The position numbers and the translations under genes were made by a program. Source: a plasmid. From it: a stretch of DNA of 64,000 nt. Each line of letters opens with the position of its first letter. Positions within the stretch are counted from its first letter, which is position 1. Location of the stretch: sequence record NZ_CP104760.1, one strand, 5' to 3'. Below, one piece after another: positions 19,562 through 28,867 of this stretch. Under the pieces are notes generated by a model. That model saw nothing but the letters and a program-made list of their open reading frames with translations, was not told the origin of the DNA and ran no database searches.

Positions 19562-20971
19562 TTAAAAGCGAAATTTCTTTTCAATCTGTTCTAATGTCAG
19601 GCCACGCGTCTCCGGCAAATATTTCACCAGCAGAATAAGCATGATCACGTTGGTCGCGCCGAAGAAGCCAAAGGTCATACCGCCGCCGTAATGGCTTAAC
19701 AGGAAGGGGAAGATGGACTGAATGATAAAGTCAAAGATCCACAGGCCAAATACGGCGAAGCCCATCCCCGCGCCGCGCATTCTTAATGGATAGATCTCCG
19801 CTAACATCAGCCAGAATACCGGTGCAATCCAGCCCTGCATAAACACCAGAAAGACCAGCATCAAGGCGAGAATAACGTAGGGCGCGTTGGCAAAATTAGC
19901 GTGAAGCGTCTCCACACCGTTGAGGGTTTCTGTATGGAAAAAGACTTTAAATGCCAGACCGATAAGCACCAGACTAACCGTTACGCCTGCCTGGCCGGTA
20001 AAAAACATCTTGCGGCGCGAGTATTTGCCTATCAGCGCCATGCCCAGCAGGGTTGCCAGTACAGAAATAACGCCGTTCGCCACTGCGCCGGTCACCGCCG
20101 CCGCATCACCGAGACCGGCCGCTTTCAGCACGGTGGGCGCGTAGTACATGATGGTGTTAACGCCTGTGACGCGGGTAGCCAGGACGATCATCAGCCCGAT
20201 TAAGATGAGCTGGATAACCCAGCGGTTTTTCAGTTCGGCCAGCAGGTTGAATTTCACCTCATCCGCTTTAACGATTTGCTGAATCTCTTTAACTTCGCGA
20301 TCCACTTCTTCCGGCAGACGTAATGTTTTAAGGACCTTTACCGCTTTTTCGGTTTGCCCTTTGCGAATAAAGAAGCGCGGGGATTCAGGCATCATTAACA
20401 TGCCCACCCACAGCAGCGCGCCCGGCAGCGCCGGAATAGCCAGCATAATGCGCCAGTTGTGCTGCATTTCAGGATAGAGGTTCACAATGGCCGCATTGAC
20501 GGAATAGGCCAGGAACTGTCCGGTGACGATCATCAGTTCGTTAACCGTCACCAGGCTTTCACGCTGATCGGCGCGCGCCAGTTCGGAGATGTAGATGGGT
20601 ACGGTGACCGAGGCACAACCTACCGCTAAGCCCAGAACAAATCGGGCCGCGATCATGGACGGAACATCCCAGGCGAACGCGGTACCTAATGCGCCGAAAA
20701 TAAAAATAGCGGCGACCCATAATAAATTTTTACGGCGGCCCTGCTTGTCTGATAAATAACCGCCGAACAGGGAACCTAACGCCGCGCCAAATAATAAAAA
20801 GGAAGTGATAAAACCTTCCTGGGAGGCTGTCAGGTGAAGGTCGTACTTCATAAAGATAAGCGCGCCGGAAATAACGCCGGTATCGTAACCGAAGCATAAA
20901 CCACCTATCGTTGAGACGATGGTGATTAACCGCATACGCTGAGGGTTTTGTAGGTTGGTTTTATTATACAT
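19562..20971 (-). CDS. MFS sugar-porter-family transporter (myo-inositol/sugar:H+ symporter-like).
   Basis: 12 TM, sugar-porter motifs GRRK and PESPRF. ATG at 20971 (MYNKTN). Confidence 0.8.
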   Translation of the reverse strand: MYNKTNLQNPQRMRLITIVSTIGGLCFGYDTGVISGALIFMKYDLHLTASQEGFITSFLLFGAALGSLFGGYLSDKQGRRKNLLWVAAIFIFGALGTAFAWDVPSMIAARFVLGLAVGCASVTVPIYISELARADQRESLVTVNELMIVTGQFLAYSVNAAIVNLYPEMQHNWRIMLAIPALPGALLWVGMLMMPESPRFFIRKGQTEKAVKVLKTLRLPEEVDREVKEIQQIVKADEVKFNLLAELKNRWVIQLILIGLMIVLATRVTGVNTIMYYAPTVLKAAGLGDAAAVTGAVANGVISVLATLLGMALIGKYSRRKMFFTGQAGVTVSLVLIGLAFKVFFHTETLNGVETLHANFANAPYVILALMLVFLVFMQGWIAPVFWLMLAEIYPLRMRGAGMGFAVFGLWIFDFIIQSIFPFLLSHYGGGMTFGFFGATNVIMLILLVKYLPETRGLTLEQIEKKFRF

Positions 20972-21792
20972 ATCTGTTCCATCTGGTAGTAAGGTAAAAC
21001 CGTCGCACGCCATTTTTCATGGCCAGCATCGACCAGTAAATTTATGGCAGCCTGAATGAGAACATGTAATTAGTACGTCGAGTGTAAATATTATTTTTTA
21101 GCTAACCGCATAATGTAATGCAGGAATCTTTATGGTTGCAGCAAAGTTACATCAAAGTGAAGATTAAAAGCCAGTCACGCCAGGCTGTGCTATTTTACTC
21201 CGTGTTGAGGATCAAATATTCGAATCAAAAAGCACAAAATAGAGTGATAATCGTCACAGGGCATACATTGTTGATTGACATAGCAAGAATGAAGACAAGC
21301 TAAAAAAGAGGGTCGCTTAGCGGTTTTATTAACAAATCGGGAGAGTTAAATAAAGGCGAGTTAACTATAGAAGAGGCGCCCTGACGCCAGCGCAAGGCGG
21401 CATCTGACAACGGCTATTTTTATTTCGAACGCGCATTAATGTTTATTAACAATAGTGGGCTTTGCTCACTTCCGTCACCAGAGCAATTTTGATGATATTT
21501 GCCTTTTTATGGTGGAGATAACCCTAAACAAAAGAGGGCTACTGATATTTCGCCTTTGCAGCATCGAAGAGGAGGTAAGCGGGCGCATGGATTTTGATCA
21601 AAATAAAAGTGTGACGAGGTTCAAAATTGTTTTTGTCCTCGTTTCAGGAAAACAATAATCATCATTCCTTGATGTCATACCATCAGCAAAGCCTGATTTA
21701 TCAATTGTCTGAATTAGGGTAAAAAGCAAAATTGATGATTACCGGCAGAAAAAACTCGTGTAAGAATAGCAGCGCATACTACAGGAGCGATC

Positions 21793-22662
21793 ATGATTAC
21801 CTTTTGCCTTAATGAACATCCTTCAGCTCGCGGGTTCGACAATAATTTGCGCCCTCGCCTGGCGTTTATCTGTAAAGCGGAAGGTAAAGAGGAAGCCCTG
21901 CCCAGAGTCATGCACAAGCACGACGATCGCTTTGAAGTCATGTTCGTTCGCTCCGGCAGCGGTACCTATAACATCGACGGGCGACGCTACAACGTAAAAC
22001 AAGGCGATATCATGCTGTTCAACGCCAATGTCCTGCATGATGAAAGCCCGGATGCATCAGACGATTTATTGATTTTCAGCTGCGGCGTCGAGCAGTTAAA
22101 AATCGATGGCTTGCCCCATAATGTGCTGACGACGCGCGCGCAACCCGCCGTTATGCCAAGCGGTGAATTTTACGATGAAATTAGCCAGCTGTTCGATCAG
22201 ATGTGGGCGCACGTTAACAGTAAACGCCTCTACAGCGCGGAGATTGGCGATAATCTGCTGAATGTTCTGCTGCTGCTGTGCCGGAATATCTGGATAGAAA
22301 ACAAGCAGGAGCGGGAGGACAGCAATACGCTGCTCGGCCAGCGCATTAAGGATTACATCGATGACCACTACAAAGAAGATATCGCGCTCAGTTCCATCAC
22401 CGCGATGATGAACATGAACCAGTTTTATCTGGCGCACGTGTTTAAAAATTTCTCCGGTTATTCGCCTAAACAGTACCAGACGCGTCGCCGTATTGGCGAG
22501 GCGCAAAACTTATTGCTGAGTACCAGCCTAGGCGTGACCGAAGTCGCAAACGCGGTGGGGTACGATAACGTCAATAATTTTCACCGCATCTTTCACAATC
22601 TCGTGGGCATTCCCCCCGCGCGGTATAAAAAGTTCTGGCTGACCGGCCAGATAAAAACCTAG
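21793..22662 (+). CDS. AraC-family transcriptional regulator (cupin sensor plus C-terminal HTH).
   Basis: C-terminal AraC HTH signature ...YSPKQYQTRRRIGEAQNLLLSTSLGVTEVANAVGYDNVNNFHRIFH. Confidence 0.8.
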   Translation: MITFCLNEHPSARGFDNNLRPRLAFICKAEGKEEALPRVMHKHDDRFEVMFVRSGSGTYNIDGRRYNVKQGDIMLFNANVLHDESPDASDDLLIFSCGVEQLKIDGLPHNVLTTRAQPAVMPSGEFYDEISQLFDQMWAHVNSKRLYSAEIGDNLLNVLLLLCRNIWIENKQEREDSNTLLGQRIKDYIDDHYKEDIALSSITAMMNMNQFYLAHVFKNFSGYSPKQYQTRRRIGEAQNLLLSTSLGVTEVANAVGYDNVNNFHRIFHNLVGIPPARYKKFWLTGQIKT

Positions 22663-22716
22663 CGTCAGCCATGACCTTCCTCGCCCCGGCAGAGCCGCAG
22701 CACGCTCGCCGGGCCT

Positions 22717-23673
22717 TTAGCAGCCCGCTGCGATAAAGTCCCCATTGGTACTGACAGGAATGATGGTAGAAAACATCACGGCCGCAAAAAGAATCAGCGC
22801 TACGCCGCCCGCTGCCAGGACCAGCCTGACGAACGTCGCTGAGTAACGCGCCACCCCAGGCAGCTTGACGTTAATCATCCACTCTCTGAAATGATGCACG
22901 AAGGTGGCAAGGATCATGATTGAAGCGGCCGTGCCGAGCGACATCGCCGTTACCGCCGCCACCCCCCAGCTAAACATACCCACCGCATTAGCAAAGACAA
23001 GGATCATCAGCGCCCCGCTGCAGGGCCGGATACCTATGGTGCCAATCACCCAAGCCGCATTGCGCCAGCCGCCGGTCAGCTCATCAGGCGCGGGCTGATG
23101 TTTGTGTCCACAGCCGCAAGCCCCGTTATGCTGATGGCGAGAAGCGCTGACAGGCAGCAGCGAGAGAGGACGGATACCGGCAGCCCGACAAAGCATGACA
23201 AGACCAAAGCCCGCAATGAGCAATGCGCTGGCTTTTTCCATCCAGTATCGGCTCAGGCTGAGATCGCCCAGCGAAAGATTCAGGGAAACGGCGAGAATAA
23301 CCACAAACAGAATGGCGACGATGCCTTGCATCAGACTGCCCAGCAGCGTAATCAGTCGGCTGGCCCTGAGTTGCGCTCTGTGAGTGGCAAGCCAGGTTGT
23401 AATCACGAATTTGCCGTGGCCAGGCCCGACTGAATGCAGGAAACCATAGATAAAACTCCCTGCAATCAGCATCATCCCACCTTTGATATGCCGATCGCGC
23501 TGCAGCAGCAGGTACTGCACCAGATAGCGATGCAGCGAAACCTGCACCGAAAAGCAGTACTGCACAAAGTCGGCCCAGTGCCGGGCGAAAAGGTAAAGCA
23601 GAGCGAGACTCGCCAGGCCGCCAAAGCCCAGCAGGGTTAGCGTTGAGACGCTATTGAGATCGTACTTTTTCAT
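22717..23673 (-). CDS. NicO/RcnA-family nickel/cobalt efflux permease with a Cys/His loop (HQHNGACGCGHKH) instead of a poly-His loop.
   Basis: LHSVGPGHGK corresponds to RcnA LHGLEPGHSK. Six TM. ATG at 23673 (MKKYDLN). Confidence 0.6.
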   Translation of the reverse strand: MKKYDLNSVSTLTLLGFGGLASLALLYLFARHWADFVQYCFSVQVSLHRYLVQYLLLQRDRHIKGGMMLIAGSFIYGFLHSVGPGHGKFVITTWLATHRAQLRASRLITLLGSLMQGIVAILFVVILAVSLNLSLGDLSLSRYWMEKASALLIAGFGLVMLCRAAGIRPLSLLPVSASRHQHNGACGCGHKHQPAPDELTGGWRNAAWVIGTIGIRPCSGALMILVFANAVGMFSWGVAAVTAMSLGTAASIMILATFVHHFREWMINVKLPGVARYSATFVRLVLAAGGVALILFAAVMFSTIIPVSTNGDFIAAGC

Positions 23674-23988
23674 GAGCCTGTCCTGAAGGTAAATAGCCCG
23701 AGCTTGAACAGACCAGAAACCGGACTCGCCATCGCTCGACAGCAGCGGCAAAGGTTGTCGCGCCGTTCGTCGAAATGGCTACAGAGAAGAGAGGAAAAGG
23801 CTACCACCCTGGCAGACGGAAACCAACGGGCGGGACGCATTTATTCACAGATAAGCTGGTCCTGAAGGCGTGCGCGATATCATTATTCAGCAGGAGAATG
23901 TTTTCAGGGGGATTTGCGGGCGGACCTGACTTTTAGCTGCTGGCTGACGCGGTGATTCAGGGCCGCAGGCGCAGCCCTGATGCGCAGA

Positions 23989-24213
23989 TTACTGCGCCTG
24001 TTGCTGATTCTTCTCTGCTTCTTTTTTCGCTTTTTTGCTGGCCATATGATGGCCTACGGCGCAACCTGCCGCCGCACCGGCAACGGCGTGATTCTTGATA
24101 TGCCCCGCCGCTCCGCCCACCGCAGCGCCTTTAAGGCAGCCTTTTGCTTCAGCCTGGGAAGCGACGGACATCAGCAGGCCAAGAGTGACAACTAAATATG
24201 ACAGTTTGCGCAT
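23989..24213 (-). CDS. Small secreted Gly/Ala/His-rich protein (glycine-zipper-like) with two Cys residues.
   Basis: Signal peptide ending AEA, then GAAVGGAAGHIKNHAVAGAAAGCAVGHH, and a Lys-rich tail. Confidence 0.4.
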   Translation of the reverse strand: MRKLSYLVVTLGLLMSVASQAEAKGCLKGAAVGGAAGHIKNHAVAGAAAGCAVGHHMASKKAKKEAEKNQQQAQ

Positions 24214-24387
24214 CTGAACTTCATCCTCATAAGAATTAACAAGACATTTCCATCAATCACCTGTTGAGCATAGTCGAAACCACCGGCAGGAGAGGATAAA
24301 GCGGGGCCTGTTGTTATTTTGTTGAGGAAGCGTTAAGAAAACTGCCGGACCGCCAAATCACTCAGCCCGGCAAAGCGACCGGCGTCG

Positions 24388-25032
24388 TCAGCGGCGATCC
24401 AGACGGATCCATCGTCGTCCCGCGAAGATGGTGAGGAGTACGATGGTAAGGCCTGCCGCAAGATGCATGCTGAAATCGATCAGGTGCAAATGGGTGTTGT
24501 GGCACAGCGACAACAGCATTGACGACATAAACGCGATGCCGCACCCCGCCAGCGCCAGGCTTTTCTCCGGCGAAAGCGATCGGGTGCGATAAAGGCTGAA
24601 CACTGAGATCGCCATCATCGGCAACGCCGCCAGCAGCATAAAGAGATAGCAGTGGATGCCTTCGCCGAAGCGCCCTGCGCCTGCTGGCGCCTGTGCGGCG
24701 GTCAGATTGACCAGGTTGAGCGCCAGCCACGCCAGCGCCAGCAGGACGAGGTATCGCAGCTGAGGCGCCTTCCGTCCTGCGAGGCTGAGGGTAAAGGCGC
24801 CGCCAATGGCGCTAACGCCCAGAATAAATGCGAGCAGCAAGGCCGCCATGGCAGGTAGCGCGCCGGGCTGCGACCAGTCGGTGTTGCGGCTGTGCAGCGC
24901 CCAGCTGCTGAGCGCGCCGCAGGGCAGCGCGGCGGCAACCCAGCCAGCCACGCGCCAGGGAGTCGGCCAGACGCGTCTCACCGGCTGTGCCGAAGCGCTG
25001 AGTTGTTCAATCAGTTGGTCATGATTTCTCAT
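24388..25032 (-). CDS. DUF1109 (NrsF-like) membrane anti-sigma factor.
   Basis: Six TM and about 214 aa. Start ATGA overlaps the stop of the ECF sigma gene. Typical sigma/anti-sigma coupling. Confidence 0.6.
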   Translation of the reverse strand: MRNHDQLIEQLSASAQPVRRVWPTPWRVAGWVAAALPCGALSSWALHSRNTDWSQPGALPAMAALLLAFILGVSAIGGAFTLSLAGRKAPQLRYLVLLALAWLALNLVNLTAAQAPAGAGRFGEGIHCYLFMLLAALPMMAISVFSLYRTRSLSPEKSLALAGCGIAFMSSMLLSLCHNTHLHLIDFSMHLAAGLTIVLLTIFAGRRWIRLDRR

Positions 25033-25582
25033 GCTTACCACTTCCGTATTTACGCAGGTTAAGCATTGCGCGGTGCAAAAGCGATTTGACCGCGGAAAGC
25101 GAAAGGTTAGCCTCAGCCGCCGCCTGAGCCAGGCTCTGCTCGCGCAGATGAACAGATTCGACAATCTCCCGCTGGCGCACCGGCAGCGCGCCCAGGCAGT
25201 CGGTTAGCGCCTCCTGGCCCGGTTCGGCCTCGTCGGGTTCCGCCGTCTGACGGTGAAGGGCGTCATCATCCTGAACTTCATACTGCCGTCCACGCTGACG
25301 CAGGGCGTCTATCGCTCTCGCCGACGCGATCGCCGCCACCCAGGGCAGTAAGGGGCGGCGGGGATCGTAGGTATGGCGCACGCGATGTATCGCCAGCAGC
25401 GTCTCCTGAATCACATCTTCAACCAGCGCATCGTTGGCGATTTTTTTGCGCACCAGCGCGCGGATGGCGGGCACCATCGCTTTCAGAAGCTGATTGTAGG
25501 CGGCCTGGTCGCCAGCCTGCGCGCGGGCCATTAAGGCAGGCCAGTGCTGAGCGCGCGCGTCAGTATCGGGCATCGCCCGCAC
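25019..25582 (-). CDS. ECF (group IV) RNA polymerase sigma factor.
   Basis: Sigma-70 region 2 (VEDVIQETLLAIHR) and region 4 HTH (LPVRQREIVESVHLREQSLAQAAAEANLSLSAVKSLLHRA). Confidence 0.8.
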   Translation of the reverse strand: MRAMPDTDARAQHWPALMARAQAGDQAAYNQLLKAMVPAIRALVRKKIANDALVEDVIQETLLAIHRVRHTYDPRRPLLPWVAAIASARAIDALRQRGRQYEVQDDDALHRQTAEPDEAEPGQEALTDCLGALPVRQREIVESVHLREQSLAQAAAEANLSLSAVKSLLHRAMLNLRKYGSGKHEKS

Positions 25583-25634
25583 TAAAAGGCGGGATCATCC
25601 GCCCTGTTAAGTTGTTATTCAATCACTCACCCGT

Positions 25635-26879
25635 TTACGTTTTCTTTCCGCTTTCAGCGGCCTGCTCCAGCGCCGAAATCACAATCCCCGGCGTCAGCAC
25701 CTGCGGCAGCACAACCGGTTTGCCGCCGTTTGCCGGGTAAACGACATAAAGCGGCAGTCCGCCGCGACCAAAATCGCTGAGCGCCTGTTCAACGTCAGGA
25801 TTATATTTTGTGGAGTCGGCCACCATATAAATGGTACTGGTGCGCGCCATCGCCGATTTCACCGCCTGGGTCGATAACGAGGTGCGGTCGTTAACCTGGC
25901 AGGTAATACACCACGACGCGGTGAAGTTCACCAGCACCGGCTTGCCCTGCCCTTTGATCGCATCGACGTTCTGCGGCGACCAGGCGACGGCCGCAGCGGC
26001 AACGGCACCTTCTGCCCTCTCCTCAGGAGCAGCAGCGCTTTTCAGATTGATTAGCGGCGGTACCAGCAGCAGGACGAAAACCGCGGTCGCCAGATGCAGC
26101 GCCCAGTGGCGGCGACCCATCATACGGCGTTTTTGCGCCATGCCATATAACCAGGCTGCAAAACTGAGCAGCAGGCAGCAGGCCAGGATAGCCGCCAGCG
26201 CGGCCGAGCCTGCCTGACGCTCCAGCACCCAGATAAGCCAGCCGACAGCGCCGAGCATCGGAAAAGCCAGCCCGTGTTTCAGCGTGATCATCCAGGCACC
26301 GGGCGCAGGCAGCACGCGCGCCAGAACCGGGAAAAAAGAGATCAGGGTAAAAGGCGCGGCGAAACCGAGCGCCAGCGCAATAAAGATCACCAGGCTGACG
26401 GCAGGCGGTTGGGTCAGCGCATAGCCGACGGCGCTGGCCATAAAAGGGGCGCTGCAGGGCGTCGCCACCACGATGGCGAGCGCGCCGGTAAGCGCCGAAC
26501 CCACCAGACCGCCGCGATCGCCGCCCACCTCGCCGGCCCGCTGCAGGGACAGGCCGATTTCAAACAGGCCAAAGAGATTAAGCGCTGACGCCAGCATCAC
26601 CAGAATCAGCAGTGCGATCACCAGCGGCGACTGCAGCTGAAATCCCCAGCCGACCGAGGCGCCGCCCGCCCGCGCCAGCAGCAGCACGGCCACCAGCGCC
26701 AGCATGGTCACCACGACGCCCAGCAGAAACGCCAGCCCTTCGGCGCGCGCGTGAGCCGGTTTGTCGTGATGGCGGATCAGGCTGAGCGCTTTCAGCGAAA
26801 TCACCGGGAATACGCACGGCATAAGATTGAGTATGAGGCCGCCGAGAAAAGCGGCGGCAATGGCTGTCAGCATAATCAT
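25635..26879 (-). CDS. DsbD/CcdA-type transmembrane thiol:disulfide reductase fused to a C-terminal periplasmic thioredoxin domain (WCITC). It lacks the DsbD-alpha N-domain.
   Basis: Core TM cysteines (LMPCVFP, ATPCSAPF) and a C-terminal Trx motif CxxC. Confidence 0.75.
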   Translation of the reverse strand: MIMLTAIAAAFLGGLILNLMPCVFPVISLKALSLIRHHDKPAHARAEGLAFLLGVVVTMLALVAVLLLARAGGASVGWGFQLQSPLVIALLILVMLASALNLFGLFEIGLSLQRAGEVGGDRGGLVGSALTGALAIVVATPCSAPFMASAVGYALTQPPAVSLVIFIALALGFAAPFTLISFFPVLARVLPAPGAWMITLKHGLAFPMLGAVGWLIWVLERQAGSAALAAILACCLLLSFAAWLYGMAQKRRMMGRRHWALHLATAVFVLLLVPPLINLKSAAAPEERAEGAVAAAAVAWSPQNVDAIKGQGKPVLVNFTASWCITCQVNDRTSLSTQAVKSAMARTSTIYMVADSTKYNPDVEQALSDFGRGGLPLYVVYPANGGKPVVLPQVLTPGIVISALEQAAESGKKT

Positions 26880-26897
26880 TTCACCTGGAGGTTAGGG

Positions 26898-27455
26898 TCA
26901 GGCAGGATTAGCCTGGCGATATTTCTTCACCGCATCCATCGCTTTCTGGATATGCGCATCGGGATTTTTATCGGTGTAGCTGAACAGTATCTTGCCGTCC
27001 GGCGCGATCACGTAAGAGGTACGATCTGAAAGGGTTTTCCCTTTATATTCCATAGTGCTTTTATACTCCGCCGCGACTTTTGCGCCGGGATCGGCAGCGA
27101 CGGTAAACTTATCACGGCACTCAAGCTGCGAGAATTTGGCAATCTGATCGGTATTGCCGGCGGTCACGCCAATCACCGTCGCACCCTGTTTTTTGAACGC
27201 GTCCGTCGCCTCGGCGAAATCGTGCGCTTCCAGCGTGCAGCCCGCGCTAAAGGCGGCCGGGAAGAAATAGAGCACGACCGGGCCTTTCTGCAGCGCCTGC
27301 TGCAGGGAGAAGGAGGTCGCTTTACCAGCCAGAGCCGCATCAAGTTTGAAATCAGGCGCCTTGTCGCCGACCTGCAGCGCGGCGAACGCGGAGGTGACAG
27401 GCAGGCTCAGAGCGAGAAGCGTGGCGGCCGCCAGGGTTTTCAGGTTGTTTTTCAT
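26898..27455 (-). CDS. Secreted redoxin/peroxiredoxin (AhpC/TSA-like), first gene of the sigma operon.
   Basis: Signal peptide, then VVLYFFPAAFSAGCTLEAHDF (peroxidatic Cys context). Confidence 0.65.
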   Translation of the reverse strand: MKNNLKTLAAATLLALSLPVTSAFAALQVGDKAPDFKLDAALAGKATSFSLQQALQKGPVVLYFFPAAFSAGCTLEAHDFAEATDAFKKQGATVIGVTAGNTDQIAKFSQLECRDKFTVAADPGAKVAAEYKSTMEYKGKTLSDRTSYVIAPDGKILFSYTDKNPDAHIQKAMDAVKKYRQANPA

Positions 27456-27666
27456 CAACATCTCTTTCTTCTCCATTAACAATCAGGCGGAGTGCCCGAA
27501 AGGTTTAATCAGAGGTTCGGTGGCGGTCGCGGAAAAGTTTCGCTGCTTTAAAATATTTTCGCGCTGAGGTGAGTGCCGGGCTGGTTAGCCTGCAGCTTTG
27601 CTGATGAGAGCGGGGCGTTATGGTACTATTCGCCGCCTGGACTTAAGACAGAAAAGGCGCATCAGG

Positions 27667-28617
27667 ATGCACAAGAAAAATACGCCTACCCCGCACGATG
27701 CGGTATTCAAAACCTTTCTCTCGCACCCCGAGACGGCGCGTGACTTTATGTCGCTGCATCTGCCGCCCGCGCTGCTGGCGATTTGCGATTTGACTACGCT
27801 GAAGCTGGAATCCGGCAGTTTCGTAGAGGATGACCTGCGCCCCTACTACAGCGATGTGCTTTACTCGCTGAAGACCCGCGGCGGCGAGGGGTATGTGCAC
27901 GTTCTGATTGAGCACCAGAGCACGCCGGATAAGCATATGGCGTTTCGGCTGATGCGCTATGCGGTGGCGGCGATGCAGCGTCATCTCGACGCCGGACATA
28001 AAACGCTGCCGCTGGTGATCCCGGTGCTCTTTTACCAGGGTAAGCGCAGCCCCTATCCTTACTCAATGAGCTGGCTTGATGCCTTTAGCGAGCGAGAACA
28101 GGCCGCGGCGCTCTACAGCGGACATTTCCCGCTGGTGGATGTAACCGTCATCCCGGATGAAGAGATTATGCAACACCGCAGCATGGCGGCGCTGACCCTG
28201 TTGCAAAAGCATATCCGCCAGCGCGATCTGAAAGGCCTGCTCGACCAGCTGGTGTCGTTGATGCTGACGGAATTTATGACCGGACAGCAGGTGATGGCGC
28301 TGGTAAACTATATGCTTCAGGCCGGCGAAACGTCGGACGCGAAAGCGATGATTCGTGAACTGGCACAGCGCGTGCCGCAGCATGAGGATGAACTGATGAC
28401 CCTTGCACAACAGCTTGAACAGATAGGATTGAAAAAAGGTCTGGAGCAAGGACTGGAACAGGGGCTGGAACAAGGCCTGGCACAGGGGCGCCAGCTTGGC
28501 GAACGAGAGGCCAGCCTGAATATCGCCCGGAACTTACTGAAAAGCGGTATGGACGTTCTCTCAGTCATGAAAGTAACGGGCCTGTCGGAAGAGGATCTCC
28601 AGCAAATCCACCACTAA
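27667..28617 (+). CDS. Rpn-family (YhgA-like, PDDEXK_7) recombination-promoting nuclease/putative transposase with a C-terminal GLEQ x 4 repeat.
   Basis: N-terminal HDAVFKTFLSHPETARDF, then VLIEHQSTPD, both typical of the Rpn/YhgA family. Confidence 0.75.
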   Translation: MHKKNTPTPHDAVFKTFLSHPETARDFMSLHLPPALLAICDLTTLKLESGSFVEDDLRPYYSDVLYSLKTRGGEGYVHVLIEHQSTPDKHMAFRLMRYAVAAMQRHLDAGHKTLPLVIPVLFYQGKRSPYPYSMSWLDAFSEREQAAALYSGHFPLVDVTVIPDEEIMQHRSMAALTLLQKHIRQRDLKGLLDQLVSLMLTEFMTGQQVMALVNYMLQAGETSDAKAMIRELAQRVPQHEDELMTLAQQLEQIGLKKGLEQGLEQGLEQGLAQGRQLGEREASLNIARNLLKSGMDVLSVMKVTGLSEEDLQQIHH

Positions 28618-28867
28618 GGCTCCGCCCTGCTTCTTATCTCTGGCCGCCCTTTCTTCAGGGCGGCGGTTTTTCTCGACGTCTCTATCCATGCTGCAATAAA
28701 AACATAAAATAACGCCGCGAGAAAATAACGTGGCGGTTGCATCCACTTATTCCGATATCTATTTAATCCTGTGCCGCTGTAATACGCCTTTAAAGAACCG
28801 ATGAAATGCTGCTTATAACGTCAGGCAGGGATCGTCCCTGCCTGCGCGCCATTATAACGGAGCGAAT

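Noticed and set aside
24362-24730. 122-aa minus-strand ORF overlapping the anti-sigma gene
   Set aside because: A different frame of the same strand inside a well-supported six-TM anti-sigma CDS. Arg/Pro/Gly-rich GC-frame artefact.
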